A stretch of 64,000 nucleotides of DNA, taken from NCBI GenBank assembly GCA_038207085.1, contig JBBRAE010000006.1, positions 65,818-129,817 on the forward strand. Direction: 5' to 3'. Each line of letters starts with the position of its first letter. Position 1 is the first letter of the stretch. The DNA comes from Armatimonadota bacterium (GTDB taxonomy: Bacteria > Armatimonadota > UBA5829 > DTLH01). The notes beneath the pieces were generated by a model that saw only the letters and a program-made list of their open reading frames with translations, had not been told where the DNA came from and did not search any database. The position numbers and the translations under genes were made by a program. Shown here piece by piece: positions 1-9,733 of the stretch.

Positions 1-698
1 AGGCGATAAGGCTCGGTCGGCGCATCTTCGACAATCTCAAAAAGGCGACTGCGTATATCTTTGCCATCCATGTCCCTATCGTGGGCATGTCTTTGCTTCC
101 GATCTTTCTAGGATGGCCGCTCGTGCTGACTCCTGTCCACATAGCGTTCTTAGAGCTCATCATTGACCCGGCGTGTTCCGTGGTGTTTGAAGCGGAGCCT
201 GAGGAGCCTGATGTCATGAGTCGACCGCCGCGCGACCCTCAGGAGCCCCTCTACGGGAGGCGGACGATCTTGTTGAGCCTCTTGCAGGGGATAAGCGTCT
301 TCGCGATCGTAGCGGCGATATACTATACGACTTGCTGCGCGGTTGCGAAGGGGATGATGGAAGCCCGGGCAATCGCCTTCACCAGCCTGATTTTTGCGAA
401 CCTCGCGTTGATACTTTCGAACCGTTCCTGGTCAGAACGCAGTATGAACATTCTTAGCCCCCCGAACCGGGCTCTGTGGTGGGTGGTCGGCGGGGCTCTC
501 GTGTTCCTGGCCGCGGTTTTGTATGTCCCATTTCTTCGGAGGTTGTTTTCGTTCTCTATCCTCCACTTCGGTGACATTATGATCTGTCTGGGAGTTGGGG
601 TGATCAGCTTGGTCTGGTTTGAGGTGCTCGAAAGGCTCATACTACACCTGCGGCCCAGCCCCGGTTCCGGCGGTTCTTCGCTGCCATCTGCAGGGTGA
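1..698 (+). CDS. P-type cation-transporting ATPase, C-terminal transmembrane region (5' end lies outside window)
   Basis: In-frame translation from nt 3 reads AIRLGRRIFDNLKKATAYIFAIHVPIVGMSLLPIFLGWPLVL..., matching the conserved GRxIFDNLKK / C-terminal TM10 region of Ca/Mg-type P-type ATPases. No stop between window start and 698. Confidence 0.75.
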   Translation, partial: AIRLGRRIFDNLKKATAYIFAIHVPIVGMSLLPIFLGWPLVLTPVHIAFLELIIDPACSVVFEAEPEEPDVMSRPPRDPQEPLYGRRTILLSLLQGISVFAIVAAIYYTTCCAVAKGMMEARAIAFTSLIFANLALILSNRSWSERSMNILSPPNRALWWVVGGALVFLAAVLYVPFLRRLFSFSILHFGDIMICLGVGVISLVWFEVLERLILHLRPSPGSGGSSLPSAG

Positions 699-1096
699 TG
701 CGCTCCAGGCTTTATAGTGCATGCTACGATTTGTCGCTGAGTGGGAAAGACCCCAGTAGCCTGGCTGCCGGGGCATCCATGCAGTGGGGTATCGGCCGGG
801 TTTATTGGAGGTGAGGTCAGCATCACATCTGCTGTTCCCTGCTTAAATGTCACGTTGCCGACCTGGTGGTATGTGTTCACTTTCAGGTCGTAGGCAATAG
901 CTAGAACCCAGCTTCGTTCACTCAAAGTCACACCGTCGCCGGGACTGGTTTTTACAGACCAGTGGGCTTTTGGCATCACATGGACATCGCTCAGCCCATC
1001 TTTTGCCCATTATGCAACACTTTCTAAACTGTATCCGTAAGGTCAATACGAGTATGTTCCAAAGGAGAATATGGGGTGCAAGGCGAATACTAAACT

Positions 1097-2479
1097 GTGA
1101 AGCGCCAGCTAAAAGGTGCACGAAGGGAGTACGTATTGGGGAGACTATTTGGAACGGATGGCGTTCGGGGACGAGCCAATGTTGAGCTTGGTCCTGAACT
1201 TGCCCTTGCGCTTGGGACGGCGGCAGCGCACGTCATAGTCGAGCGCAAGAAAGACGCGCGGATACTGATCGGGCGCGACCCCCGAATATCAGGGGACATT
1301 CTGGAGTCTGCGATGGTCGCGGGAGTCTGCTCGCAGGGGCTCGACGCGGTGCTTGTTGGAGTTATATCGACTCCTGGGGTAGCTTACCTCACGGCAACCA
1401 CGGGCGCTGCGGCCGGGGTAGTGATCTCAGCCTCGCACAACCCTGTAGCCGACAACGGGATCAAGTTCTTTGGCCCCGACGGCTACAAGCTCGATGACTC
1501 AGTCGAGCAGTTGATCGAAGATCAAGTCCCAATATACCACGAACTTCCAAGGCCCTCAGGTGCTGACGTGGGACGAATGTATCGCCGCCACGAGCTTGCC
1601 TGGGAGTATGTCCACCACGTTAAGGAGGCAGCAGGCGGAAGGCTTGATGGGTTGAAACTCGTGCTTGACTGCGCGAACGGCGCGGCGAGCGAGCTTGCTC
1701 CTCAGGTTTTCTCCGAGTTGGGCGCAGATGTTACAGCAATCCACTCCGAGCCAAACGGAGTTAACATAAACGCAGGCTGCGGTTCCATGTACCCCAAGGT
1801 TCTTGCCGCAAAAGTGCTTGAGACCGGCGCACAAGCTGGGCTTGCCTTTGACGGAGACGCCGACCGGGTGATTCTGATAGACGAGCAGGGGCAGATAGTC
1901 GATGGAGACCACGTGATGGCGATCTGCGGCCTGTCTCAGGCAAGAAAAGGTGATTTGCCCGGTGGGGTCGTCGTTGGCACGGTGATGAGCAATATGGGGC
2001 TTGAAGTCGCGCTTGCCAGTGAAGGCATAGTGCTTGCCCGCACCCCTGTCGGCGACCGCTACGTCTGTGATGAGATGCGACGCCTGGGCGCGATCATCGG
2101 GGGAGAAAAGTCCGGACACATCATCCTGTCCCGCCATACTACAACCGGCGACGGTATGGTGACCGCGCTCGCGGTGCTTTCGGTGATGCAGGAGACCGGC
2201 AGTCCACTCTCTCAACTGGCATCTGTGATGGAGGAGTTTCCTCAGGTGCTCGTAAACATCCGTGTCCGCGAGCGCGACGGTTGGGAAGAGGTGCCTGAGA
2301 TTTGCAGCGCCATTGCACAAGCCGAGGCTCGGCTGTCTGGTCGAGGACGCGTACTGGTGCGACCATCGGGCACTGAAAAGTTGATCCGTGTAATGGCAGA
2401 GGGCCCGAATGCCGTGGAGATCGCGTCCGTAGTCGAAGACATTGCTTCCGCGGTGCGGCAAAGCATCGGGACGGAGTAG
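1097..2479 (+). CDS. glmM: phosphoglucosamine mutase
   Basis: LFGTDGVRG N-terminal motif, active-site SASHNPxxDNGIKFF and a length of 460 aa all fit GlmM. The true start may be a TTG near 1135. Confidence 0.9.
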   Translation: MKRQLKGARREYVLGRLFGTDGVRGRANVELGPELALALGTAAAHVIVERKKDARILIGRDPRISGDILESAMVAGVCSQGLDAVLVGVISTPGVAYLTATTGAAAGVVISASHNPVADNGIKFFGPDGYKLDDSVEQLIEDQVPIYHELPRPSGADVGRMYRRHELAWEYVHHVKEAAGGRLDGLKLVLDCANGAASELAPQVFSELGADVTAIHSEPNGVNINAGCGSMYPKVLAAKVLETGAQAGLAFDGDADRVILIDEQGQIVDGDHVMAICGLSQARKGDLPGGVVVGTVMSNMGLEVALASEGIVLARTPVGDRYVCDEMRRLGAIIGGEKSGHIILSRHTTTGDGMVTALAVLSVMQETGSPLSQLASVMEEFPQVLVNIRVRERDGWEEVPEICSAIAQAEARLSGRGRVLVRPSGTEKLIRVMAEGPNAVEIASVVEDIASAVRQSIGTE

Positions 2480-2480
2480 G

Positions 2481-2651
2481 AGAGATGTGGACAAAGCATA
2501 TGCGCAATAGTTGGCTATATGGGTGAACAGCAGTCCTGTTCGATCCTGCTGGAAGGGCTTCGAAAACTGGAATACAGAGGATACGACAGCGCAGGAGTAG
2601 CGATACTCTCCAACGGCAGCCAGTCGGGTGAGACCGCGTATATACGCGAAT
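2481..2651 (+). pseudogene. glmS: glmS (glutamine--fructose-6-phosphate aminotransferase) 5' remnant, about 50 codons, no start codon, premature stop
   Basis: Frame beginning at 2502 translates [41 protein letters not shown], the canonical GlmS N-terminus (MCGIVG...[10 protein letters not shown]). The initiating ATG-TGC is corrupted, a TGA stop falls at 2649-2651, and a convergent GH95 gene follows immediately. Confidence 0.55.
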
Positions 2652-2658
2652 GAATAAG

Positions 2659-5007
2659 TTAAGCGTGCACCAGTGTGATGGTCTGCCCTGCGACAGTTTC
2701 TATGAGCAAATGTCCACTTGGGTCATGCGCCGCATCGACCACCAAGCCTCCGCAGGTAACAGACGAAATCGCGTGATTGCTTAGGATGCGACAGACGCCG
2801 CTGTGGTCGCTTGTGATATTTGCTCGCGTCAGCTTGCCGCCGTTCCACTCGATGTCCACAGTGAACCCGCCGCGTGCCCTCAGCCCTTCGACACTGCCCG
2901 CCTGCCACTTTAAAGGAAGAGCCGGCAGGAGACGGATTACACCCCCATAGCTTTGCATCAGCATCTCGGCGATCGCTGCTGTTCCACCGAAGTTGCCGTC
3001 AATCTGGAAGACTCGGCCCCATTCGTTGTCCATTGGGTGGGTGTCAAGTAGCGCGTCTGTCGAGAAGTCGGCAATCAGGTGCGCGAGGTGCTCGTAGGCA
3101 AGTTCACCGTCAAGGAGCCTGGCCCAAAGCGCGCAAACCCACGATCTGCTCCAGCCGGTGTGCCCGCCGCCGAAGGAGAGGCGTCTCTCAAGCGACACTC
3201 GTGCCGCCCGGTAGAACTCTGGGAGCGTGTCGGGAGTCATCTGCTCTCCCGGATATATACCTATCAGGTGGGAGACGTGTCTGTGTCCGGGCTCTGCCTC
3301 CTCGTGGTCTTCGAGCCACTCCTGAAGCTGACCGTGTTTGCCGATTTGGTAGGTAGGGAGCTTGTCCAGTATATCTTTCCATTTCAGGCGAAGCCCCTCG
3401 TCTACCTCAAGCTTCTCACTTGCCTCTATGCAGCGAGTCAGAAGCTCTCGGATCAAGAGAAAGTCCATCGTTGCCCCGACACAGAGGCTGATAGGGGTGG
3501 CCCCGCCGACGAAGGAGTTCTCCGGGGACTGCGATGGCACCGTGACGAGCCTGCCCAAAGAGTCCTCCACAAGATAATCCTCGTAGAACTCGGCGCACAG
3601 CTTGTGGAACGGGTAGACCCGGTCACGCAGCAGTGACTCGTCAAGCGAGTGCTCGTAGCGCCACCAAAGGTGCTCTGCAAGCCACGCCGCAGCTCCGGTC
3701 CAGACGTCGCAGCCCGGAGACTCTGGGGTGGGGCGGCCCCATATGTCGGTCTGGAGGCAGAAGCATATCCCCCGGCAGTCGTAGAGGTTCCGCGATATCT
3801 TCAGACCCTCGGGGATGCACTGATCCATATAGGCAAACAGTGGTTCCGTACACTCAGGAAGGTTGCAGACCTCCGCAGGCCAGTAGTTCATCTGGACGTT
3901 TATGTTGTTGTGGATGTCCGACTCCCAGGGCGGGCGCGGGTCTGCGTTCCATATTCCCTGAAGGTTCGCAGGCTGGTCACACTTGCGTGAGCTTGAGATG
4001 AGCAGATACCTGCCGTAGTTGAAGTAAAGTATTGTCAGGCTCGGGTCATCGATACCTTTTCTTAGGCTCTCCAGCATCAAGTCGAGGGGGAGCTTCTCTG
4101 CGTCAGCGTTTGTCTCCAGATTGAGCCGTACGCGGTTATAAAACTCGCTGTACTCTGCGATGTGGGCGGACCTGAGCGTTTCGAAATCTGTCGGAATAGA
4201 GTCCAAGTGCTCGTTGCACCAGCTTGCCGGGTCGGGCTGATTGTGGTTTACTGCAATTGCTGTGAGAATCAGAACCTGGTCTGCCCCGGATACTGTGATG
4301 CTTGCGTTCTCGCCGGGCTGAGCCGTTCCCCCAGCGAGGCGCACCCGAGTCTCTGATGCAAATACCACACCCTCTGGAAATCTGCCCTCGAAACCGGCGC
4401 CGCAGTTGCTCGACCAGGGAGCAATCACACAATCCGGGTCATCTACCCGGTCAAGAGATATTGCGGCATCTATGGAGCCGGGCTTGTCCGCGCCGATACG
4501 GGTGACGATGACCCCATGCACTGCGGAAGCGAATGACTCGCGAGTATAGAGGACATCTCCAACTCTGTAGGAAACCTGTGCAGTCGCAGTCGAGAGGTCG
4601 AGCGTCCGGCGGTAGTCTTCGACTTTCTGGTGTCCCGGGAACGATATCCTCAAGTCACCAGCCGGTTGGTATGGCTGCACTCGCCGATCGTGGCCGCTCA
4701 AGTGTTTGGTGGCAAGTTCAGCTCCCTCAAGCCACTGGCCAGCGAAGAGCTTTTCCCTGATCTCCGGCAGATACTGGGACTTCTTCTCGACTGTACGGTC
4801 CTTCGTCCTACCCCGCCACAGGTTCTCGTGGTTAAGGGCGAGACGTTCTTCGTCTGTTCCGCCATAGACCATAGCCCCCAAGCTGCCGCTGCCGATGGGA
4901 AAGGCGTCGAACCAGCAGTCTGCCGGCTGCGCGAGCCAAATAGTGTTCGCGATCATTGAACTCTCCAGCGTAAATCGTGATCTGACCAGTTGAATATTAC
5001 GCTGCAT
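2659..5007 (-). CDS. glycoside hydrolase family 95 (alpha-L-fucosidase-like)
   Basis: The 782-aa ORF has an N-terminus [19 protein letters not shown]...LNHENLW that resembles the GH95 signature (ALPIGNGRLGAMVFGG...LNEDTLW). Size is typical of GH95. Confidence 0.7.
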   Translation of the reverse strand: MQRNIQLVRSRFTLESSMIANTIWLAQPADCWFDAFPIGSGSLGAMVYGGTDEERLALNHENLWRGRTKDRTVEKKSQYLPEIREKLFAGQWLEGAELATKHLSGHDRRVQPYQPAGDLRISFPGHQKVEDYRRTLDLSTATAQVSYRVGDVLYTRESFASAVHGVIVTRIGADKPGSIDAAISLDRVDDPDCVIAPWSSNCGAGFEGRFPEGVVFASETRVRLAGGTAQPGENASITVSGADQVLILTAIAVNHNQPDPASWCNEHLDSIPTDFETLRSAHIAEYSEFYNRVRLNLETNADAEKLPLDLMLESLRKGIDDPSLTILYFNYGRYLLISSSRKCDQPANLQGIWNADPRPPWESDIHNNINVQMNYWPAEVCNLPECTEPLFAYMDQCIPEGLKISRNLYDCRGICFCLQTDIWGRPTPESPGCDVWTGAAAWLAEHLWWRYEHSLDESLLRDRVYPFHKLCAEFYEDYLVEDSLGRLVTVPSQSPENSFVGGATPISLCVGATMDFLLIRELLTRCIEASEKLEVDEGLRLKWKDILDKLPTYQIGKHGQLQEWLEDHEEAEPGHRHVSHLIGIYPGEQMTPDTLPEFYRAARVSLERRLSFGGGHTGWSRSWVCALWARLLDGELAYEHLAHLIADFSTDALLDTHPMDNEWGRVFQIDGNFGGTAAIAEMLMQSYGGVIRLLPALPLKWQAGSVEGLRARGGFTVDIEWNGGKLTRANITSDHSGVCRILSNHAISSVTCGGLVVDAAHDPSGHLLIETVAGQTITLVHA

Positions 5008-5133
5008 TCATGTCGTTGTCAATGTCTTCGCAGTGAACCGTTTTTAGCATGCCCCATTAGCCCCAATTTCGATTTGGTTTGACTCCCGAGCCATCGTGTG
5101 GTATCCTGCCCGCGAGTAACTTTGGAGGTCAGA

Positions 5134-6288
5134 ATGGATATACCAGCTAATCTTGACACGTGGGTGCTTGCCGGGCAGTCGAACATGGAAGGCTGCGGCC
5201 TTTTGCGTGACTGCGCAGAGCCCGACCCTCGTGTTTATTGCTTCTCAAGCGCAGGCGAGTGGGGCACGGCCTGCGAGCCGCTTCACTGGTTCTGGGAGAG
5301 CTTCACGCCTGTCCACCAGGCTCTTATCCGACCGGGTCTGCCCGAGGACCAGAAGCACATCTCAGACGCTGAACTCGCTGAAATCCAGCGCCGTGATAGG
5401 ATCACTGGCGCAGGCCTCGGCATTCCCTTTGGCACATATATGGCCGACGCTCTCGGTCGTCCGATCGGTCTTATTCCCGCAAGCCACGGCGGCACAAGCC
5501 TTGAACAGTGGAGTGAGACACTAAAGGACAAGGGCGGGTCAAGCCTCTATGGGGCAATGCTCGAACGCATCAGTCGGGCGGGAACACAGGTCAAGGGTAT
5601 TCTCTGGTATCAGGGAGAGTCCGACGCCAATGACGAGCTCGCCCCGACCTACGCCGAGCGATTCGATCGTTGGATCGCAGCCTTACGCTCTGATCTTGGG
5701 ATGCCGAACCTCCCGGTGATCGTCATCCAGATCGGCAGGTTTTCTCCAACCGGTGACCTCGACCCCAAGTGCTGGGAAACGATCCGCGAGGCTCTTCGCA
5801 CGCTCCCCGAGCGCGTTGCGAACACTGCGATGACAACCGCGGTCGACCTCGGCCTGGATGACTCGATCCACATCAGCACCGACGGCCATAAGCGTCTCGG
5901 ACGACGCCTTGCGCGTCTTGCGCTGCGTCTTGAGGGCCGAACAGACATACTTGCGGGTCCCCGGCCCGTAAAGCTCGAGCACGCCGACATTCACTGGGGA
6001 ATGGGCGCTTTGAAGCTCACATGTGACGGTATCACCGGAGAGCTCGCGCCCCGGCTCAACATGGGCGGTTTCCAGCTTTGTAACCCCGATGACACTCGCT
6101 GTACGGAGAACACCGTAATGGACGCCCGAGTCGACCCCGACAACCCGAATGCGATCCGTATGACCCTGAACTTCCCAATGACAGACAACCAGTTGCTGGC
6201 CTACGGCAAGGGGATCAATCCCTACTGCAACGTCACCGACTCGGCCGACATGCCGCTTCCGGCATTCACGCCGATGCGGGTCGGCTAG
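5134..6288 (+). CDS. SGNH/SASA-family carbohydrate esterase (sialate O-acetylesterase-like, DUF303)
   Basis: WVLAGQSNMEG motif near the N-terminus is typical of the SASA/DUF303 esterase domain. The likely start is MDIPANLD at 5134 within the longer ORF 5098..6288. Confidence 0.65.
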   Translation: MDIPANLDTWVLAGQSNMEGCGLLRDCAEPDPRVYCFSSAGEWGTACEPLHWFWESFTPVHQALIRPGLPEDQKHISDAELAEIQRRDRITGAGLGIPFGTYMADALGRPIGLIPASHGGTSLEQWSETLKDKGGSSLYGAMLERISRAGTQVKGILWYQGESDANDELAPTYAERFDRWIAALRSDLGMPNLPVIVIQIGRFSPTGDLDPKCWETIREALRTLPERVANTAMTTAVDLGLDDSIHISTDGHKRLGRRLARLALRLEGRTDILAGPRPVKLEHADIHWGMGALKLTCDGITGELAPRLNMGGFQLCNPDDTRCTENTVMDARVDPDNPNAIRMTLNFPMTDNQLLAYGKGINPYCNVTDSADMPLPAFTPMRVG

Positions 6289-6335
6289 CAATATGTACAC
6301 TCAGGGCGGGCCATAGGTCCGCCCTGCAACCCAAT

Positions 6336-7400
6336 CTATTGGTTCTTGAACACATCAATGAGCGCGACGAGGTTCTCTGGCGGCACGTCGCCTGGGACAG
6401 AGTGGGTTGGGGCCACGATGTAGCCGCCGCCCTGTCCCATTATGCCCATTATCTCACGCGTGACCCGCTGCACTTCCTCGGGTGAGGCGTAGGGCAGAAG
6501 CTGCTGGGTGCTGATTCCTCCCCAGAAGCTTAGGTCGTTCCCAAACTCGCGCTTCACCTTGGCGATGTCGTAGATCTCGGGTTGGAAGGTGTTGTAGACG
6601 TCGAGGCCGATCTCAACCAGATCCGGGAATATCTCGTAGATGTCCCCGCAGGAGTGCTGCAGCACGTATTTGTCCGCACCCTTTGCCCGTGCATACATCT
6701 TCGCCATCCTCGGCTTGATGAACTCGCGCCAGAACTTGGGACCCATAATGGTCCCTGACTGCTGCCCCCAGTCGTCACCGAAATAGATGCCGTCAAAGGG
6801 GAACTCAAGGGCGATATCTATGAGCTTCAGGTTATACTCGCAGATCGCGTCAAGGAGTTCGTGGACGAACTCGGGGTCGGTGATCATGTCCATCAGCACG
6901 TTTTCCATGCCCCGAAGTGTCCAGGCGCGCTCGAACATGCTGAAGCTGATGCTAAATATCTTGAACTTGTCCTCCGCGCCGTCGATCGCCTGTTGCGCGC
7001 GCTCGCGGAGCAGCTCAACGTTTACTTCAGGAGCTTTCCAGCCCGCAAGCGTAGGCTCGGGGATCACGAGGCCCTCTACAACGCCGATGTCCTTGTCGAC
7101 CGTCCTGTTCCAGGTGACTCCCCAGTGGTCGCGGACAAATCCGCCGGGAATCTCTTCGCGGGTTCCAGTCCAGCAGCCGACGATGTGGCAGCCCATCGAC
7201 TGAATGAATCCGGGGTCGCCGACGTACTCGGTCAGCCGCTCCTGGGCGCGCTGGGTGAGGTCGATCTGGTATGGCGTAAAATCTGTCTCTTGGTGGTTGA
7301 TCGCTTTGATAACACGTTCGCTGTGGGTCATCTGGTAAACTCCTGTCTTACTTCCCATAATAGACTTAGCTGATTCTGTGGTTTTGCACTTACTATCCAC
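6336..7400 (-). CDS. uroporphyrinogen decarboxylase (URO-D) family protein, MtaA/CmuA-like methyltransferase type
   Basis: 354-aa ORF with URO-D family features, for example the C-terminal GGYIVAPTHSVPGDVPPENLVALIDVFK. It is paralogous to the ORFs at 16706..17722 and 63313..64000. Confidence 0.6.
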   Translation of the reverse strand: MDSKCKTTESAKSIMGSKTGVYQMTHSERVIKAINHQETDFTPYQIDLTQRAQERLTEYVGDPGFIQSMGCHIVGCWTGTREEIPGGFVRDHWGVTWNRTVDKDIGVVEGLVIPEPTLAGWKAPEVNVELLRERAQQAIDGAEDKFKIFSISFSMFERAWTLRGMENVLMDMITDPEFVHELLDAICEYNLKLIDIALEFPFDGIYFGDDWGQQSGTIMGPKFWREFIKPRMAKMYARAKGADKYVLQHSCGDIYEIFPDLVEIGLDVYNTFQPEIYDIAKVKREFGNDLSFWGGISTQQLLPYASPEEVQRVTREIMGIMGQGGGYIVAPTHSVPGDVPPENLVALIDVFKNQ

Positions 7401-7428
7401 TTCTATGAATGCAAACTTTGTTCCTGCC

Positions 7429-9243
7429 TTATTTTTGATCTACAATGACGACCGCCGAGCCCGCTGGCTCTAAAGTGAGATCGATTTCGGCCTTTTCGGT
7501 GTGGGCGATCGGCCCGCCTGTCTCAGGGTCGGTCGCGGCAAGGCTGTGAGTGTTTTGGAATCTCGCGGTGATATGCCGGATGATTCCGCCCTGGTTTGTG
7601 ATGAACGCGAGTCGGCCGGTTTCGGTGCGCCGTTGCATAAGGAGGATATCTTCCCGCCCGTAGCCGTAGAGGTGCGCGCCGTCGTCGATGGCGTGTCGCA
7701 GTCGCATCACAAAGCCCTGCAGTTCCTCGGTTGGGACAAACCGGATGCCGCGGTTCGTGCTCGGGACGTTCATCGGAGCCCTGTCCATCGATCTGTACAA
7801 AACGCAGGTGGCGAGTGTCTTTGAAACGCGTTCTATAGTCTGATACTCCGAAAGGCGCATATACGGGGTGTAGGGGACGATCAGGGCATCGTATTTTGCG
7901 ATTCTTTCAGGATCGACAAGTGCGGCAAAGTCGATGATGTCGTAGTCGAGCTGCCGCTTGGCAAGTTCGATCACGAGTGACCCAAGGACACTGTCGATCG
8001 CTTCGAACTCCTCAGTCTTGCGGTCGGGCTGATACGCCGCGTAAAGACCTGAGGTCGGAAAGAGAACAGCGACTGTGCGTAGACTCACGCCTTTTGAAAG
8101 TAGTTTGTTCAGGCGCGTCACGTAGTCGCACACCGGCGCGATATCCTGCCAGGGTGCGACAAAGGTATTGATCCCAAGTGTGACCAGCCTGTTGATCTCA
8201 CTCTTGATGTTCGGCTGGCAACTCAGGCTTGAGATCACCCGTCGGTTTTTGTCGTCCGTAGTGTGGGCCGAAGCGATCTTGGCTTGAACCGTTGATGGGC
8301 CAGAGGATGGAATGTCGCATGCATTCAGAGTCAAAAAGGCGTTGCCCCTGCAGCGCATCTGGCTTCTTAGAGACTCACCTGCGCTGTATAACACTGTATA
8401 ACTTAATGAATAAGACTTACACCAACTTGCATAGGCACTATGACATCTGGAGCTGAAAACCGCCGCAATATGTTCCCAAAAGTCGGCTCTGAACTCTGGA
8501 GCGTTATGGCCGGGGAAGAACAGGTAGGGGAGGTTTGACAGGGCCGGGCGTTCGAAGCGAGCCTCGAAGCATGCGAACAGGTCGTCGGTATAGGGGATAG
8601 TCCAACCGTCGCGCGCGGAAGGCCCTGAGCAGATGCATGGCGACTCGGCGGCGACTCCAACGATTGCGCTTTTTGCGTCGCCGAGGGCATCAAAAATGCT
8701 TTCGAGTGTTTGTTCGATGTGGCGTCGGACGGCAAGTTCGCTCAGCGTGTCGATGCTGGTCGGATCGGTTCGAATTCGGCAGTTGAACACCCTCCAGCAT
8801 TCGTCCAGCGATTCGACAGCGGCGATGCCGGGGAGCACGCGGGTGCGGGTGGCCTGTCCTCCCTGCATACGGACGGCGACCATGAAGTCACCGGGGGAGA
8901 ACAGGGAGAGGTCGATATCTTCACGCGCCGTGACTTTGATCTCCAGATGCTTTGCCTGAAATTCGGGCCGATCGGGCACCGCGCGCGATATGTCGTCGTG
9001 GATCCAGACCCCGATCGCCCGCGCCTGGGCTTCTTCGACCAGGGCCTTGAAATCGGCCAGGGAAGAGTCAGGACGCGCGACGATTTCGCTTACGCCGGAG
9101 TCTTTCATACGATCGAGCTCGCAGGCCATCCGCCCACGGGTGAGGCCATCGACACTCACGATGGGAACAGCTCCGGGTAGGTTGTTTGTCTCTCTGGTCA
9201 TCGTGCTCCGCCTGCGCCGCGTATTGGCGGCTGCAGATAGCAT
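7429..9243 (-). CDS. hypothetical protein, 604 aa (possible carbohydrate-active enzyme)
   Basis: Long uninterrupted ORF with coding-like composition. A weak resemblance to the GH42-type trimerisation domain was seen (YDIIDFAALVDPERIAKYDALIVPYTPYM). No firm family assignment. Confidence 0.45.
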   Translation of the reverse strand: MLSAAANTRRRRSTMTRETNNLPGAVPIVSVDGLTRGRMACELDRMKDSGVSEIVARPDSSLADFKALVEEAQARAIGVWIHDDISRAVPDRPEFQAKHLEIKVTAREDIDLSLFSPGDFMVAVRMQGGQATRTRVLPGIAAVESLDECWRVFNCRIRTDPTSIDTLSELAVRRHIEQTLESIFDALGDAKSAIVGVAAESPCICSGPSARDGWTIPYTDDLFACFEARFERPALSNLPYLFFPGHNAPEFRADFWEHIAAVFSSRCHSAYASWCKSYSLSYTVLYSAGESLRSQMRCRGNAFLTLNACDIPSSGPSTVQAKIASAHTTDDKNRRVISSLSCQPNIKSEINRLVTLGINTFVAPWQDIAPVCDYVTRLNKLLSKGVSLRTVAVLFPTSGLYAAYQPDRKTEEFEAIDSVLGSLVIELAKRQLDYDIIDFAALVDPERIAKYDALIVPYTPYMRLSEYQTIERVSKTLATCVLYRSMDRAPMNVPSTNRGIRFVPTEELQGFVMRLRHAIDDGAHLYGYGREDILLMQRRTETGRLAFITNQGGIIRHITARFQNTHSLAATDPETGGPIAHTEKAEIDLTLEPAGSAVVIVDQK

Positions 9244-9267
9244 TGTCTTAGAGAGAGGGCTGTTCTG

Positions 9268-9648
9268 TCAAGCAAGAGTGTTGTGCTCGTAGAGATGTAT
9301 AGAGATTGCCGACATGCTTGGTTTGGAGTGCGGCGTGCCAGCGAGCGCTGCGCCGATAAGCGGGAACACCCAGAAGAACCAGAGCAGCGAGAGTGCCCAG
9401 TCTCCGACAAAAATGGCAGGGCCGGTGCTTCGTGCGGGGTTTACCGGGGTGTTCGTTACCGGGATACTGATCAGGTGGATCAAGGTAAGAGACAGGCCGA
9501 TCGCGTATGCCATCGTGAGAAGCGTGAGACCGAAGGCCAATTCCCATTTCCATCCCTCCGGCCACATTTGTCGTTGCAGCTCTATGCCTGCGAAGTCACC
9601 CCATGTGGGTGGCTGGTCAAACTGCTGACAGCGGCGTGTGAAAGTCAC
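9268..9648 (-). pseudogene. aquaporin (AqpZ-like) C-terminal fragment, N-terminal half absent
   Basis: Contains the second NPA box and the following helix ([35 protein letters not shown]), closely matching AqpZ. The ORF is only 126 aa, has a GTG start, and an upstream in-frame stop. The first NPA half is missing and only 85 bp separate it from the next gene. Confidence 0.45.
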
Positions 9649-9733
9649 AAATTACATGCAACCTGTTTTGATGAGTATGCGTCTTTAGTGCTGTCTATTG
9701 ATATTAGTTCGATAAAAAAGGAGTTTCCATTCT

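Noticed and set aside
323-979. 218-aa minus-strand ORF in the ATPase-glmM spacer, overlapping the ATPase 3' end.
   Set aside because: Only the first 85 residues or so (979 down to about 720) look protein-like. The ORF then runs 375 bp antisense through the ATPase gene, with no RBS. A small real gene in 720-979 cannot be excluded, but there is no support.
1556-2494. Long antisense ORFs inside confidently called genes. Examples are 1556-2494 (-) in glmM, 3079-3636 (+) in GH95, 14052-15251 (+) in topA, 26095-27180 (-) in fliI, 42085-43308 (-) spanning flhB/flhA, and 62935-63834 (-).
   Set aside because: They are Arg/His/Pro-rich with no motifs. They are typical stop-codon-poor shadow frames of a high-GC genome opposite real genes.
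2480-2660. glmS ribozyme.
   Set aside because: The glmS remnant abuts the glmM stop with no leader, so there is no room for the conserved ribozyme core.
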